This document shows, in pieces, positions 45,812 to 55,890 of a stretch of DNA of 64,000 nucleotides. Source of the DNA: Gemmatimonadales bacterium. Its GTDB lineage: Bacteria > Gemmatimonadota > Gemmatimonadetes > Gemmatimonadales > GWC2-71-9. The notes under the pieces were generated by a model. The model did not search any database, had not been told where the DNA came from, and worked only from the letters and a program-made list of their open reading frames with translations. The stretch spans positions 6,747-70,746 of the forward strand of contig DASSQQ010000102.1 of NCBI GenBank assembly GCA_035702425.1, given 5' to 3'. The translations under genes and the position numbers were made by a program. Numbering within the stretch: the first letter of the stretch is position 1; the number at the start of each line of letters is the position of its first letter.

Positions 45812-46518
45812 GGCAGACCCGGCGTGAGGCGCTTCAGGGCCTGAGTGAGACCGGTCCACTCGTCGTCGCCGGTGCCGCGCGCCACGGTGCGCCATCCCAC
45901 CCGGCCCACCCGGACGTCCACCAGCACCATGGACAGCTCGGCGGTCGCCTTCCCGGCGCCCGAGTCCACCCGGGGGTCGCGCACCCGGTACACCAGCGCC
46001 GCCGGCACCAGCGCGTAGCGCCCGCCCGAACCCGCGATCGCGGCCAGGGTGCGCAGCTCGCTCTGCAGGGGATCCGGAACCTGCACCAGGCGGTCGGCGC
46101 GGAGGACCGCGGTGCCCATCTGGTCGGGATCGGTGGCGATGCCGATGGCGCGGCGGGCCGCGCGGCGCACCTCGGCCGGCGGCACCCAGTTCACCTCGGG
46201 CGCGCGCGCCTTCAAGAGCGCGACGATCACCGAGTCGGCGCGGTCGAGAACGGCGCGGCGGTCGCTCACCACGTCCCAGTGCAGGGAGTCCTCCGCTCCG
46301 ACCATCGTGAGCGGAAGCACGATCACCTGCTGGCCGGCGAGTCCGGCGGTGGGCAGCGGCTCGGTGAGCTCGGGTGTCGGGGTCCCCGGTTTTCCGCACC
46401 CGGCGATCACGAGCGCGGAGACGGCCCACGCGGCGCGCGCCACCCAGTAGACCAAGTTCTTGTTTTTCAACGGATTAGTCACGGCGGAAAATATCGCCCG
46501 GGCCCGGGGCGTTTTCAA
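45808..46518 (-). CDS. Hypothetical lipoprotein
   Basis: It has the lipobox LVIAGC. The start is either TTG 46518 (TTGA overlap) or TTG 46470, which gives [10 protein letters not shown] do not recognise a family. Confidence 0.55.
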   Translation of the reverse strand: MKTPRARAIFSAVTNPLKNKNLVYWVARAAWAVSALVIAGCGKPGTPTPELTEPLPTAGLAGQQVIVLPLTMVGAEDSLHWDVVSDRRAVLDRADSVIVALLKARAPEVNWVPPAEVRRAARRAIGIATDPDQMGTAVLRADRLVQVPDPLQSELRTLAAIAGSGGRYALVPAALVYRVRDPRVDSGAGKATAELSMVLVDVRVGRVGWRTVARGTGDDEWTGLTQALKRLTPGLP

Positions 46519-47312
46519 GAAGCGAGGGTCAGCCCGCCGTCCACGATGATGGTTTGCCCCGTGATGTGGCGGGCCGCTTCACTGCAGAGGAATACGATGA
46601 CCCGCGCGACGTCTTCGGGCTCCGCCACGCGCCCCAGCACCGACTCGTGCTCGGCGCGCTCCAGGACCTCGCGGGGCAGCTTGGCCAGCAGCTCGGTTTT
46701 CACGAACCCCGGCGCCACCGCGTTCACGTTGATGTTGGAGGATCCGAGGTCCACGGCGGCCGAGCGGGTGAGACCGATCAGCGCGGCCTTGCTGGTGGCG
46801 TAGTTCGCGATCCCGAAGCCGGGACGGAAGGCCTGGTGGCTCGCCACGTTCACGATCTTCCCGAAGCGCTGGGCGCGCATGGGAACGGCGGCGGCGTGGA
46901 TGCAGTTGAAGGCGCCGTTGACGTTGGTGTCCAGGACTTCGGACCAGGCCTCGGGGGTGAGCCGCCAGAGGGCGCCGTCGTGGGTGACGCCGGCGTTGTT
47001 CACGAGATAATGGAGGCCGCCCAGGCGCTCCCGGGCGTCGCTCATGAAGCGGTCCACGGCGTCCGGGTTGCGCACGTCGCACACGGCGGAGTAGACGCCG
47101 ACGCCGATTCCCTTGAGCGCGGTTTCGGTGAGGAGGGCCTGGGCCGCGACCTCCCGCCCCGGCAGCTCGAAGTAGTTGAAGCCCACCGAGGCGCCGCGCT
47201 GCGCGAACTCGAGGCAGACCGCGCGTCCCAGGCCGGTGGCGCCGCCGGTCACCACCGCGACCCGGCCGCGGAGAGTCTCGGTCGGCACGGCCTCGGGTCG
47301 TTCCTGCGTCAC
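46515..47312 (-). CDS. SDR-family oxidoreductase (FabG-like)
   Basis: It has [12 protein letters not shown] and YATSK motifs. GTG 47312 is preferred, and ATG 47396 is an alternative. Confidence 0.85.
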   Translation of the reverse strand: MTQERPEAVPTETLRGRVAVVTGGATGLGRAVCLEFAQRGASVGFNYFELPGREVAAQALLTETALKGIGVGVYSAVCDVRNPDAVDRFMSDARERLGGLHYLVNNAGVTHDGALWRLTPEAWSEVLDTNVNGAFNCIHAAAVPMRAQRFGKIVNVASHQAFRPGFGIANYATSKAALIGLTRSAAVDLGSSNINVNAVAPGFVKTELLAKLPREVLERAEHESVLGRVAEPEDVARVIVFLCSEAARHITGQTIIVDGGLTLAS

Positions 47313-47423
47313 GGCGACTCCGGCCGGAGCGCCTCGCGGATTGAGGGACCACGAGTAGGGGGCCAAGTGGTCGAACCTATGACGCGGTTTGAACATCGGC
47401 AAGGCGAGGCGTATGTTGGCGGC

Positions 47424-49451
47424 ATGCGCCGACTGGGGTCGGTATTGCTCTGGATCGCCGTCTCCGCCGCGGGGGCCGTGGCGTTCGGCGTGCTCGCGCT
47501 GGTGCGGGGTGAACCGGTGAGCGCGGCGTGGCTGGTGATCGCCGCGGTCTGCACCTACGCCGTGGGCTACCGGTTCTACGCGCGCTTCATCGCCCGCAAG
47601 GTGTTCGCGCTGGACCAGCGTCGAGCCACGCCCGCCGAGCGCTTCGAGAACGGGCGCGACTTCGTCCCCACGGGAAAGTGGGTCCTGTTCGGACACCACT
47701 TCGCCGCCATCGCCGGCGCGGGACCGCTGGTGGGCCCGGTGCTCGCCGCGCAGTTCGGATTCCTGCCCGGGACCATCTGGCTGATCATCGGCGTGGTGCT
47801 GGGCGGCGCGGTGCAGGACTTCACCATTCTCTGCTGTTCCCTGCGGCGGAACGGGAAGTCGCTGGGCCAGATGGCGAAGGAAGAAGTGAATCCCGCCGCC
47901 GGCGTGACCGCGATGCTCGCCGTGCTCTTCATCATGGTGATCCTGCTCGCGGTGCTGGCATTGATCGTGGTGAACGCGCTCAAGGCGAGCCCCTGGGGGC
48001 TCTTCACCATCGCCTGCACCATTCCCATCGCGCTCCTGATGGGATGGTGGATGCGGAGCTGGCGGCCGGGCGCGGTGGGCGAGGCGTCCCTGGCGGGCGC
48101 GGTCCTGCTGATCGCGGCGCTGGTCGGCGGCGGATGGGTGGCGGCGCATCCGGTGCTCGGCCCCGCGTTCACCCGCTCGGGACCGGCGCTCACCTGGATG
48201 CTGATCGCCTACGGCTTCCTGGCGTCGGTGCTGCCGGTGTGGATGCTGCTCACGCCCCGGGACTATCTGTCCACCTTCCTCAAGATCACGACCATCCTGG
48301 TGCTGGCGGTCGCGATTCTGGTGATTCTCCCGCCGCTGCGGATGCCGGCGCTGACCACCTTCGCCACGGCGGGCGAGGGGCCGGTGTTCGCGGGGAAGCT
48401 CTTCCCCTTCGCGTTCATCACCATCGCCTGCGGGGCGATCTCGGGGTTCCACGCGCTGGTGGCGTCGGGCACGACGCCCAAGATGATCCGCCGCGAGACC
48501 GACGCGCCGTTGATCGGCTACGGCGGGATGCTGATGGAGTCGTTCGTCGGCGTGATGGCGATGATCGCGGCGTGCACCCTGGAGCCCGGGATTTACTTCG
48601 CGATGAACACCACGCCGGCCGCGCTCGCCGGGGCGTCCCAGGCCCTGGCGCAGGCCGGATTCACCGTCACGCCCGAGACCATGCACGCCTTGGCCCAGCA
48701 GATGGGCGAGACCACGCTTCTCGCCCGCACCGGCGGCGCGCCCTCGCTCGCCGTGGGAATGGCGCAGATCTTCGCTGGCTTCACCAGCGCCATCGGCGGG
48801 AAGGAGCTGTCGTCGCTCTGGTATCACTTCGCCATCATGTTCGAGGCGCTCTTCATTCTCACCACCATCGACGCCGGCACCCGGGTGGGGCGTTTCATGC
48901 TGCAGGAGATCGTGAGCCACGTCTGGCCCCGCTTCGGCGAGACCTCGTGGTATCCGAGCGTCCTCCTGTCGTCCGCCGCGATCGCGGCGGGATGGGGATA
49001 CTTCCTGTATCAGGGCGTGGTGGATCCGCTGGGCGGGATCAACTCGCTGTGGCCGCTATTCGGGATCTCGAACCAGCTCCTCGCGGCGGTGGCGCTCTGC
49101 GTCGCCACCACGGTGATCATCAAGATGGGCCGGGCGCGGTACGCCTGGGTGACGGTCGCGCCGCTGGCCTGGCTGGTCGCGGTGACGATGACCGCCGGGG
49201 TGCAGAAGGTTTTCTCCGCGGACCCCAAGCTCGGCTTCCTCGCCCACGCCCGTACCCTCGATCCCCTCACCAACCCCAGCGCCGCCCGGATGATCTTCAA
49301 CGACCGGCTGGACGCCGGGGTGGCCCTGCTCTTCATCGCCATCGTGGGGATCCTGGTGCTGGCCTCGGTACGGGAGTGGTGGCTGGTCCTCTCCAGGCGG
49401 AAGCCGGCGGAGACGAAAGAGGCGCCGTTCGTCGCGGTGGCGGCGCTATGA
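47424..49451 (+). CDS. cstA: Carbon starvation protein CstA (peptide/pyruvate transporter family)
   Basis: Track ORF trimmed to ATG 47424. The protein is 675 aa and multi-TM with a CstA N-terminal pattern ([39 protein letters not shown]). Confidence 0.9.
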   Translation: MRRLGSVLLWIAVSAAGAVAFGVLALVRGEPVSAAWLVIAAVCTYAVGYRFYARFIARKVFALDQRRATPAERFENGRDFVPTGKWVLFGHHFAAIAGAGPLVGPVLAAQFGFLPGTIWLIIGVVLGGAVQDFTILCCSLRRNGKSLGQMAKEEVNPAAGVTAMLAVLFIMVILLAVLALIVVNALKASPWGLFTIACTIPIALLMGWWMRSWRPGAVGEASLAGAVLLIAALVGGGWVAAHPVLGPAFTRSGPALTWMLIAYGFLASVLPVWMLLTPRDYLSTFLKITTILVLAVAILVILPPLRMPALTTFATAGEGPVFAGKLFPFAFITIACGAISGFHALVASGTTPKMIRRETDAPLIGYGGMLMESFVGVMAMIAACTLEPGIYFAMNTTPAALAGASQALAQAGFTVTPETMHALAQQMGETTLLARTGGAPSLAVGMAQIFAGFTSAIGGKELSSLWYHFAIMFEALFILTTIDAGTRVGRFMLQEIVSHVWPRFGETSWYPSVLLSSAAIAAGWGYFLYQGVVDPLGGINSLWPLFGISNQLLAAVALCVATTVIIKMGRARYAWVTVAPLAWLVAVTMTAGVQKVFSADPKLGFLAHARTLDPLTNPSAARMIFNDRLDAGVALLFIAIVGILVLASVREWWLVLSRRKPAETKEAPFVAVAAL

Positions 49452-49615
49452 CCCTGCGAGGCATCCTCCGCGTGATCCGCAGGATCCTCGGCGCGCCCGA
49501 CTACGCCGCCTACCTCGAGCACTGCCGGGCGGCGGGGCACGAGGTCCGGCTCACCGAACGGGAGTACGTACGGGAGTTCCTCGACAACAAGGGGAAGGCG
49601 CCGCGCTGCTGCTAG
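49448..49615 (+). CDS. ybdD: YbdD/YjiX-family small protein (DUF466)
   Basis: 55 aa, forming an ATGA overlap with the cstA stop. [28 protein letters not shown] is typical of the cstA-linked small protein. Confidence 0.8.
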   Translation: MTLRGILRVIRRILGAPDYAAYLEHCRAAGHEVRLTEREYVREFLDNKGKAPRCC

Positions 49616-49631
49616 GCGTGGCGGTGATCAG

Positions 49632-49799
49632 CTGGACGCCAAGTTCGAAGAACGCACCGCACAGATCGAAGCGATGATCGACGTGCGGCTGGCCGCGTTC
49701 CGGACCGACGTCGTCCGCTGGATGTTCCTGCTCTGGATCGGCCAGGCCGCCACCACGGTCGGCCTGGTACTCGGCGTCGTTCGCCTCGTCGCTCGCTGA
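49632..49799 (+). pseudogene. 5'-truncated copy of the coiled-coil/TM gene at 52745..53089
   Basis: The frame reads LDAKFEERTAQIEAMIDVRLAAFRTDVVRWMFLLWIGQAATT...*. This aligns to FDAKLERRIAQLEAR..AAFESRLIKWMFLFWVGTLGT of the full gene. Upstream there is no matching N-terminal region and no good start (the first ATG is at 49674). Confidence 0.45.
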
Positions 49800-49816
49800 C
49801 CGGGAGCCGGGCGGCG

Positions 49817-52645
49817 CTACCCGCCCGCGCGCGGATCCGGCCGCACCGTGAACTTCTGGGTGTAGCTCTGCCCGTTCACCGAGAGTTTCGCCGTGAACTC
49901 CCCCGGAAGAGCGATCGGCGCGGGTTGCTCCCCGCCCCCCGCACCCCCCGCACCCCCGCGCCTGCGCCGCCCGCCCAGCGGATTCCACACCGCGCGATGC
50001 ATCCCGGCCGCCGCGGAGAAGGGCTCCGGCGCGGGCCGCCACAGCGCGGTGGTGTTGGGGATCCGGTCGCTCGGGGGCCGCGATTCCGCGGGCGCGCTGG
50101 ACAGCGTCTCGAGTACGGCTCCGCTCGCATCTTGAATCTCGAGGGTCACGACTCCCGCCGCCGCGGTCTTCAGGTAGTAATCGATGTACGCGCCGCTCGG
50201 CGGATTCGGCGCCTGGGGCTCGTCCTTCTGCAGGGGCGTGCCCTCGTCGTCCCCCTGCTGATAGGCGATCGCGTCCGCCGGCTGGAAGAGCCAGGCGTCG
50301 GCCTTCGCCACCGTGTCGTCCACCTGCCGCAGCACGCTGATGTCGTCGATCACCCAGAACCCGCGGCCGTGCGTCGCCACGATGAGATCGTTGCCGTAGA
50401 TCTCGAAATCCCGCACCGACGTCACCGGCAGGTTGAGCTGCAGCGGCTGCCAGCTGTCGCCGTCGTCGAAGGAGACGAAGGCGCCCCGTTCCGTCCCCGC
50501 GAAGAGAAGACCCTGGCGAGCGGGGTCTTCCTTCACGCTGTGCACGTAGACCCCCGCGGGAAGGCCCCGGGTGATCGGCTGCCAGGTTTTTCCCTGGTCC
50601 CGGGTGCGATAGATGTAGGGCTCGAAGTCCTGGAGCTGGTGCCGGTCCACGCTGGCGTAGGCGGCGTTGAAGTCGAAGTGCGACGCCTCGATCATGGTGA
50701 TCCGGCTCCAGGGGGCGACGGCGGACGGCGTGACGTTCTGCCAGGTCTTGCCGTCGTTGGTGGTGACGTGGATCCACCCGTCGTCGGTGCCCACCCACAC
50801 CATCGGGACGAGGAGCGGCGACGGCGCGATGGTATAGACCACGCCCCGCTTCCCGTTCCGATCCACCTGCGCCGCGGCCGCCGCGTCGAGATTGGCCGGC
50901 GGCTGGCCCTCGGGCCGGGTCAGGTCGCCCGAGATCCGGGCCCAGCTCCTGGCGCCGTCCGTGGTTTTGTACACGAACTGGCTGGCGAAGTAGAGCGCGC
51001 GCGGATCGGCGTGAGAGAGCACCAGCGGTTCGGTCCAGTCGCCGCGCGCCGGCTCGTCGGAATGCGGCGAGGTGGTGCCGGGCAGGAACCGGTTCTGCTC
51101 GAGATCGAACCGGCTCCCGTCCCCGCCGTAAACGATCCCCGGGTGGAGCGGATCGCCGGCGGTGTACCCGCTCTCTCCCCCCGCGCCGATGGGCTCCCAG
51201 TCGTGCATGGAGATCTCGCCGAACTTGCCGCGCGAGCGCACCGCCACCGCGCCTGAATCCTGCTGGGCGCCGGTGACCCAGTAGGGGAAGCGATAATCCA
51301 CGGAGACGTGATAGATCTGCGCGGTGGCCTGATTGAGCCACGAGCTCCAGGTGACTTCCCGCGGGTCGTCGGTGGTGGCGTTCCGGGTGACGATGCATCC
51401 CTGATCGCTGGCCACGATCATCGTGTCCGGATCCTCCGGCGCGATCCAGGCCTGGTGGTAATCGTCCCCGCCCGGCGAGCCCCGGAGCGGCACCCAGGTC
51501 TTTCCACCGTCCGCGGAACGGGAGACGGAAACGTTGGAGACGTACACGCGATCCGGGTTCTTGGGATCGACCACCACCGTCTCGAAGTACCAGCCCCGGC
51601 CCCACAGGGCCTGATCCGCCGAGACCCGGGTCCAGGTGGCGCCGGCGTCGTCGGAGCGGAAGAACCCGCCCTGCCGGGGCGTGGTGTCCCGCGCGAAGCT
51701 GCCCGGCGCGGGAGGCGGCGGCAGCGTGGCGCCGGGCTCGGGGAGGAGGCAATCCACCACCGCGTACACCCGCTGCGAGTCGCTCGGCGCCACCGCGATG
51801 CCGGTGCGCCCGATTCCCGCCGCGGGAAGCCCCGCAGTGAGTTGCTTCCAGGTGCTCCCGCCGTCCGTGGACTTGTAGATGCCGCCGCCGGGGCCGTTGG
51901 TCGGCGCGTAGGTGAACCAGGGCGGCCGCCGCGTGTTCCAGAGTCCGGCGTAGATCACCTCGGGGTTCGACGGATCCATCACCACCTCGACCGCGCCCAC
52001 GCTCTCATCCTTGTACAGCACCTTCTTCCAGGTCTTGCCGCCGTCCTCGGTGCGGAAGACGCCGCGCTCCGGGCTCGCGGCATAGAGGTGGCCGATGGCC
52101 GCGACCAGCACCACGTCCGGGTTCCGGGGGTGAACCGCGATCCGGCCGATGTGCTGGGTGTCCTCGAGCCCGATGTGGGTCCAGGTCTTTCCGCCGTCCG
52201 TGGACTTGTACATCCCGTTGCCGTAGCCCACGGAATCGCGGAGGGTGGATTCGCCGCTCCCCACGTACACCACGTCGGGGGCGGAGGGCGCCACCGCGAG
52301 CGCGCCGATGGACGCCACCGGCTGGGAATCGAAGACCGGCTCCCAGACCCGGCCCGCGTCCAGGGTCTTCCAGACCCCGCCGTTCACCGCGCCGAAGTAG
52401 AACTCGTTGGGACGACCCGGGACGCCGGACACCGCGTCCACCCGGCCGCCACGGAAGGGGCCGAGCATTCGCCAGGCGAGGCCGGAGTAGAGCGACGCGG
52501 GTTCCGGCGCGGGGGTCATGACCGGGCGCGCCAGCGCGCGCAGGGCCGGAGCGCCGACGAACGCCGCGCCGGTCACGGTCCCCGAAACCACGAGGAATTC
52601 CCGGCGGGAGAGGTTCGAGTCCTGGTTCGCGTCTTTCCGTTTCAC
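49817..52645 (-). CDS. TAT-exported BNR/Asp-box, sortilin (VPS10)-type repeat protein (glycosidase-like)
   Basis: 942 aa with a twin-arginine leader (SRREFLV). It has at least 8 Asp-box repeats (STDGGKTW, TEDGGKTW, STDGGSTW, SADGGKTW, TNDGKTW, TRDQGKTW and others). Confidence 0.8.
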   Translation of the reverse strand: MKRKDANQDSNLSRREFLVVSGTVTGAAFVGAPALRALARPVMTPAPEPASLYSGLAWRMLGPFRGGRVDAVSGVPGRPNEFYFGAVNGGVWKTLDAGRVWEPVFDSQPVASIGALAVAPSAPDVVYVGSGESTLRDSVGYGNGMYKSTDGGKTWTHIGLEDTQHIGRIAVHPRNPDVVLVAAIGHLYAASPERGVFRTEDGGKTWKKVLYKDESVGAVEVVMDPSNPEVIYAGLWNTRRPPWFTYAPTNGPGGGIYKSTDGGSTWKQLTAGLPAAGIGRTGIAVAPSDSQRVYAVVDCLLPEPGATLPPPPAPGSFARDTTPRQGGFFRSDDAGATWTRVSADQALWGRGWYFETVVVDPKNPDRVYVSNVSVSRSADGGKTWVPLRGSPGGDDYHQAWIAPEDPDTMIVASDQGCIVTRNATTDDPREVTWSSWLNQATAQIYHVSVDYRFPYWVTGAQQDSGAVAVRSRGKFGEISMHDWEPIGAGGESGYTAGDPLHPGIVYGGDGSRFDLEQNRFLPGTTSPHSDEPARGDWTEPLVLSHADPRALYFASQFVYKTTDGARSWARISGDLTRPEGQPPANLDAAAAAQVDRNGKRGVVYTIAPSPLLVPMVWVGTDDGWIHVTTNDGKTWQNVTPSAVAPWSRITMIEASHFDFNAAYASVDRHQLQDFEPYIYRTRDQGKTWQPITRGLPAGVYVHSVKEDPARQGLLFAGTERGAFVSFDDGDSWQPLQLNLPVTSVRDFEIYGNDLIVATHGRGFWVIDDISVLRQVDDTVAKADAWLFQPADAIAYQQGDDEGTPLQKDEPQAPNPPSGAYIDYYLKTAAAGVVTLEIQDASGAVLETLSSAPAESRPPSDRIPNTTALWRPAPEPFSAAAGMHRAVWNPLGGRRRRGGAGGAGGGEQPAPIALPGEFTAKLSVNGQSYTQKFTVRPDPRAGG

Positions 52646-52744
52646 GGATCACTCCTCGTTAATTGCCACGGCCCGCGTGCGATTGATTCCTCGGCCCCGC
52701 CGAGCCTATGTTACCCTGGGTCCGGCATCTCACGCGAGCTCCCG

Positions 52745-53089
52745 ATGCCGGTCACCGCCAGACTGTCCCGGAAATTCTACCAGAAGCTGGGCGACGACGT
52801 CGCCAACGAGCTCGTGGAGTGGTTCAACCAGGTGGATCTGACGTACCGCGGGGACCTCCGGGAGCTGAACGAGCTCAACTTCACCCGGTTCGACGCGAAG
52901 CTGGAGCGGCGCATCGCCCAGCTCGAGGCGAGGGTGCAACAGCGCCTGGCGCAGATTGAAGCCAGGTTCGAGCAACGCCTGGCGCAGCTCGAGGTCAGGT
53001 TCGCGGCTTTCGAGTCCCGCCTCATCAAGTGGATGTTCCTCTTCTGGGTCGGTACTCTGGGTACGCTGATCGCCCTGCTGAAGTTGTAG
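52745..53089 (+). CDS. Coiled-coil protein with C-terminal TM helix (DUF1640-like)
   Basis: Track ORF trimmed to ATG 52745. The protein is 114 aa with three 11-residue repeats (RRIAQLEARVQ / QRLAQIEARFE / QRLAQLEVRFA), followed by KWMFLFWVGTLGTLIALLKL. Confidence 0.6.
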   Translation: MPVTARLSRKFYQKLGDDVANELVEWFNQVDLTYRGDLRELNELNFTRFDAKLERRIAQLEARVQQRLAQIEARFEQRLAQLEVRFAAFESRLIKWMFLFWVGTLGTLIALLKL

Positions 53090-53095
53090 CGCTTT

Positions 53096-54280
53096 CTACC
53101 CGCCGATCAATCCGGCGCGGACCGGGCGCAACAGCGGCGCGAGCGTGAGCGCGGCACCGGCCGCGGCGCTGGCCGCGAAGGCGGTCGCCCCTCCCGCCTG
53201 CTGATAGAGCACCCCGATCGCGACACCCCCCGCGAGCGCGGCGAGCCCGGTCCACCCGTGGTAACTGCCGAACCCCGATCCCTGCCTCGCGCCCGCGAGC
53301 CGCGCCACCAGCGCCCGCTCCGGACTTTCGGTGAGCCCCGCCACGATCCCCATCGCGAGGAAGCACCCCCAGGCGCCCGGCGCGGTGCGGGCCAACGCGA
53401 ACGCCGCCGCCACCAGGGCGTACGCCGTCCACCCCAGCCACATGGTGCGGCCCGCGCCCAGCCGGTCGGTGCGCGCGCCCCCCACCACGCTCGAGGCCGA
53501 GCGCACCACGTGAACCGCGGCCCACAAGAGGGGAACCGCCGCGACCGGCACGCCCAGGTCCTGCGAGCGCAGAATGATCAGCGCGTCGGGGACCCGGAGG
53601 AGATAGAAGGCGGGGATGAGAACACCGACGGTAGGCCGGTAAGACGGAAGGGAAATGGGAACTGCGGTGTCATCCGCTTTCCGTCCTGCCGTCTTGCCGT
53701 CGCCGTTGTCCTTCACTCCCACCGCCCACATCGCGAGCACCACCACCACCACGCCGGGCACGATGCTGGCGCCGATCACCGCGCGCAGGTTGACCCGGTG
53801 CGACGCGAGCAACGCCCAGGCCACGAGGGGGCCGAGCACGGCGCCGGCGTGGTCGAACGCGCGCTGCAGGCCGAAGGCGCGGCCCCGCTGGTCGGGAGAC
53901 GTCGCGTCCGCGATGAGCGCGTCCCGGGGCGGAGTCCGGATTCCCTTCCCCACCCGGTCCACCACCCGGAGTCCGATCACCTGCCACGCCGCGCCGGTGA
54001 TGGCGATGACCGGCCGCACCACCACCGCGATGGCGTACCCCAGCACCACCAGCCGGCCCCGCCGCGCGACGCGATCCGCGAGCTTGCCGGCCTGAAACTT
54101 GACGATCGCCGCGGCGAAATCGGCCGCGCCGTCCAGGGTGCCGAGCGCGGCCGCGCCGCCTCCCAGCACCGCGGTGACGAACGCGGGGAGCAGCGGGTAG
54201 ATCATCTCGCTCGCGAAATCGTTGAAGAGCGAGACCGCCGACAGGAGCTTGACCTGCCGCGGGAGCCGGGCGCCGCTCAC
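53096..54280 (-). CDS. MFS transporter
   Basis: Track ORF trimmed to GTG 54280 (GTGA overlap). The protein is 394 aa with 12 hydrophobic segments and an MFS loop motif (DRVGKGIRTPPRDA). Confidence 0.85.
   Translation of the reverse strand: MSGARLPRQVKLLSAVSLFNDFASEMIYPLLPAFVTAVLGGGAAALGTLDGAADFAAAIVKFQAGKLADRVARRGRLVVLGYAIAVVVRPVIAITGAAWQVIGLRVVDRVGKGIRTPPRDALIADATSPDQRGRAFGLQRAFDHAGAVLGPLVAWALLASHRVNLRAVIGASIVPGVVVVVLAMWAVGVKDNGDGKTAGRKADDTAVPISLPSYRPTVGVLIPAFYLLRVPDALIILRSQDLGVPVAAVPLLWAAVHVVRSASSVVGGARTDRLGAGRTMWLGWTAYALVAAAFALARTAPGAWGCFLAMGIVAGLTESPERALVARLAGARQGSGFGSYHGWTGLAALAGGVAIGVLYQQAGGATAFAASAAAGAALTLAPLLRPVRAGLIGG
53637..53699. repeat. Palindromic repeat element, copy B, in-frame within the MFS gene
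   Basis: aagacggaagggaaa (53641-55) pairs imperfectly with ctttccgtcctgccgtctt (53677-95), and the stem extends to 53637 / 53699. It is near-identical to the right arm of the element at 27877-27905. Confidence 0.5.
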
Positions 54281-55890
54281 GCCAGACCGAGGCCCCAGCG
54301 AATCAGCGAGACGGGGAGACCGCCGTAGGGAAGGATCGCGTCGTGGAAGCGGCGGAGGGTGAACGCGCCGCCGTCGCGCGCCTTGAAGTCGTCGCGGAGG
54401 GCGAGCAGCTCGCGCCGGCCCACCGCGTAACACAACGGATACCCGGGGCCGGCGCAGTAGCGCCGCACCTCGGCCTCGGCGTTGGCGCGGTCCACGTGCA
54501 GGGTATCCACGATGTAGTCCACGGCCTGCGCGAACGTCATCCCCCGGGTGTGGAGCCCGACGTCCAGGAGCACCCGCACCGCCCGCCACAGGAGATGCAC
54601 CCGCTGGAAGAACCGCTCTTCCTCCGAAGCGTAGAACCCCTCGTCCGCCATCATGTCCTCGCAGTACAGCGCCCAGCCCTCGACGGTGAGCGGCGTCCAG
54701 AGATTCTTCCGGACGTCGGACGCCTGGGCCTGGGCCGTGACCAGCTGGAGATGATGCCCCGGGTAACCCTCGTGCAGGGCGGTGGCGGCGATCTCGTAGC
54801 GGCAGTGGTCGCGCAGCATCCGCTCCCGCCGCTCCGGCGACAGCGCGCCGTCCGGGACCGTCACGTAGAAAATGCCGCGCCGGTCGCTCGAGTACTGACC
54901 GGGACACTCGTAGGCGGCGAAGGGGATGAGGGGCCGCATGAACTCCGGCGTCGCGACGACCTCGAGCGGCGCGTCCGGCACCCGCGCCAGCCCGCGCATC
55001 GACACGAATTCCCGCGCCCGCACCATCTCGGTGGCGTACGCGTCCACCAGGATCCGCTCCCCGGGGTGATCGGCGCGCAGCCGCTCGGCGACCGTGGCCC
55101 ACGCCCCGCCGCCCAGGCGCCGGGCCCGCGTCGCGAGGTCGCTCTCGAGCTCGTCCTTCAGGTGGAGCCCGTAGCGCCAGAGCTCGGGCGCGGTATCGCG
55201 CAGGGCGTGCTCGTAGTGGAGCCGGAAGTTGAACGCCTCCTCCCCGATCGCGAAGTCGTCGCTGCCGGCGTCGAGCCAGCGGGCCAGGTCCTGATCGAGC
55301 GCCTGGAGCGCCGCCCGGGCTCCCGCCGCCGCGGCCGCGAGGCGCTCCCGGTGCGCGGGGGCGGCCGCTCCCAGCGCGCCCGCGACCTCGGCGATCAGCT
55401 CCTTGCCCCCGGCGCTCATCCGGACCGCGGTCTCCGCGAACACCCGCACCGGGGAGGTGAGCGTGGCGCGCGCGTCGTCCAGGAACGCCGGGACATCCTC
55501 CAGCCGTCCCGCGAGCGCCAGCGCCTTCTGGTCCGGGGTCCGGTCCTTCCGCACCAGGAGGACGTGAAGTCCGGACAGCAGATGGGAAAGCCAGAACTCG
55601 GGGCTCGCGGCCTGGGGGCGCTCCTTCTCGAAGCGGCGGAGGGTGACGCGGATTTCGTTCAGGAGCGCGGTGCGATCGATCTCGTCGTCGAGCGCCGAGA
55701 CCGCGGCCTCCTCCAGCGCCGACGCGATGGACTTGAGCGCCGCGAGGTGCGGGGTCAGCGCGGTGGCCCCGAAACGCCCGAAGCGGGCGTCGTGATCGGT
55801 GACGCCCGCCTGACTCGCTCCCACCGGATCCATGTGCCAGCGGAGATCGAAGTAGGAGCGCTCGAGCTCCCGGAACGCGCTTACCGCCAT
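54277..55890 (-). CDS. DUF885-family protein (metallopeptidase-like)
   Basis: The start is ATG 55890. The protein is 537 aa with the HEGYPGHH motif characteristic of DUF885. Confidence 0.8.
   Translation of the reverse strand: MAVSAFRELERSYFDLRWHMDPVGASQAGVTDHDARFGRFGATALTPHLAALKSIASALEEAAVSALDDEIDRTALLNEIRVTLRRFEKERPQAASPEFWLSHLLSGLHVLLVRKDRTPDQKALALAGRLEDVPAFLDDARATLTSPVRVFAETAVRMSAGGKELIAEVAGALGAAAPAHRERLAAAAAGARAALQALDQDLARWLDAGSDDFAIGEEAFNFRLHYEHALRDTAPELWRYGLHLKDELESDLATRARRLGGGAWATVAERLRADHPGERILVDAYATEMVRAREFVSMRGLARVPDAPLEVVATPEFMRPLIPFAAYECPGQYSSDRRGIFYVTVPDGALSPERRERMLRDHCRYEIAATALHEGYPGHHLQLVTAQAQASDVRKNLWTPLTVEGWALYCEDMMADEGFYASEEERFFQRVHLLWRAVRVLLDVGLHTRGMTFAQAVDYIVDTLHVDRANAEAEVRRYCAGPGYPLCYAVGRRELLALRDDFKARDGGAFTLRRFHDAILPYGGLPVSLIRWGLGLA

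Noticed and set aside
49476-49631. An open reading frame upstream of the coiled-coil fragment, which might make it a full-length gene.
   Set aside because: The frame is open from 49476, but it contains no ATG, GTG or TTG before 49674. Its translation (S/R/G/T-rich) has no similarity to the N-terminus of the intact paralog, and it lies inside the ybdD gene.
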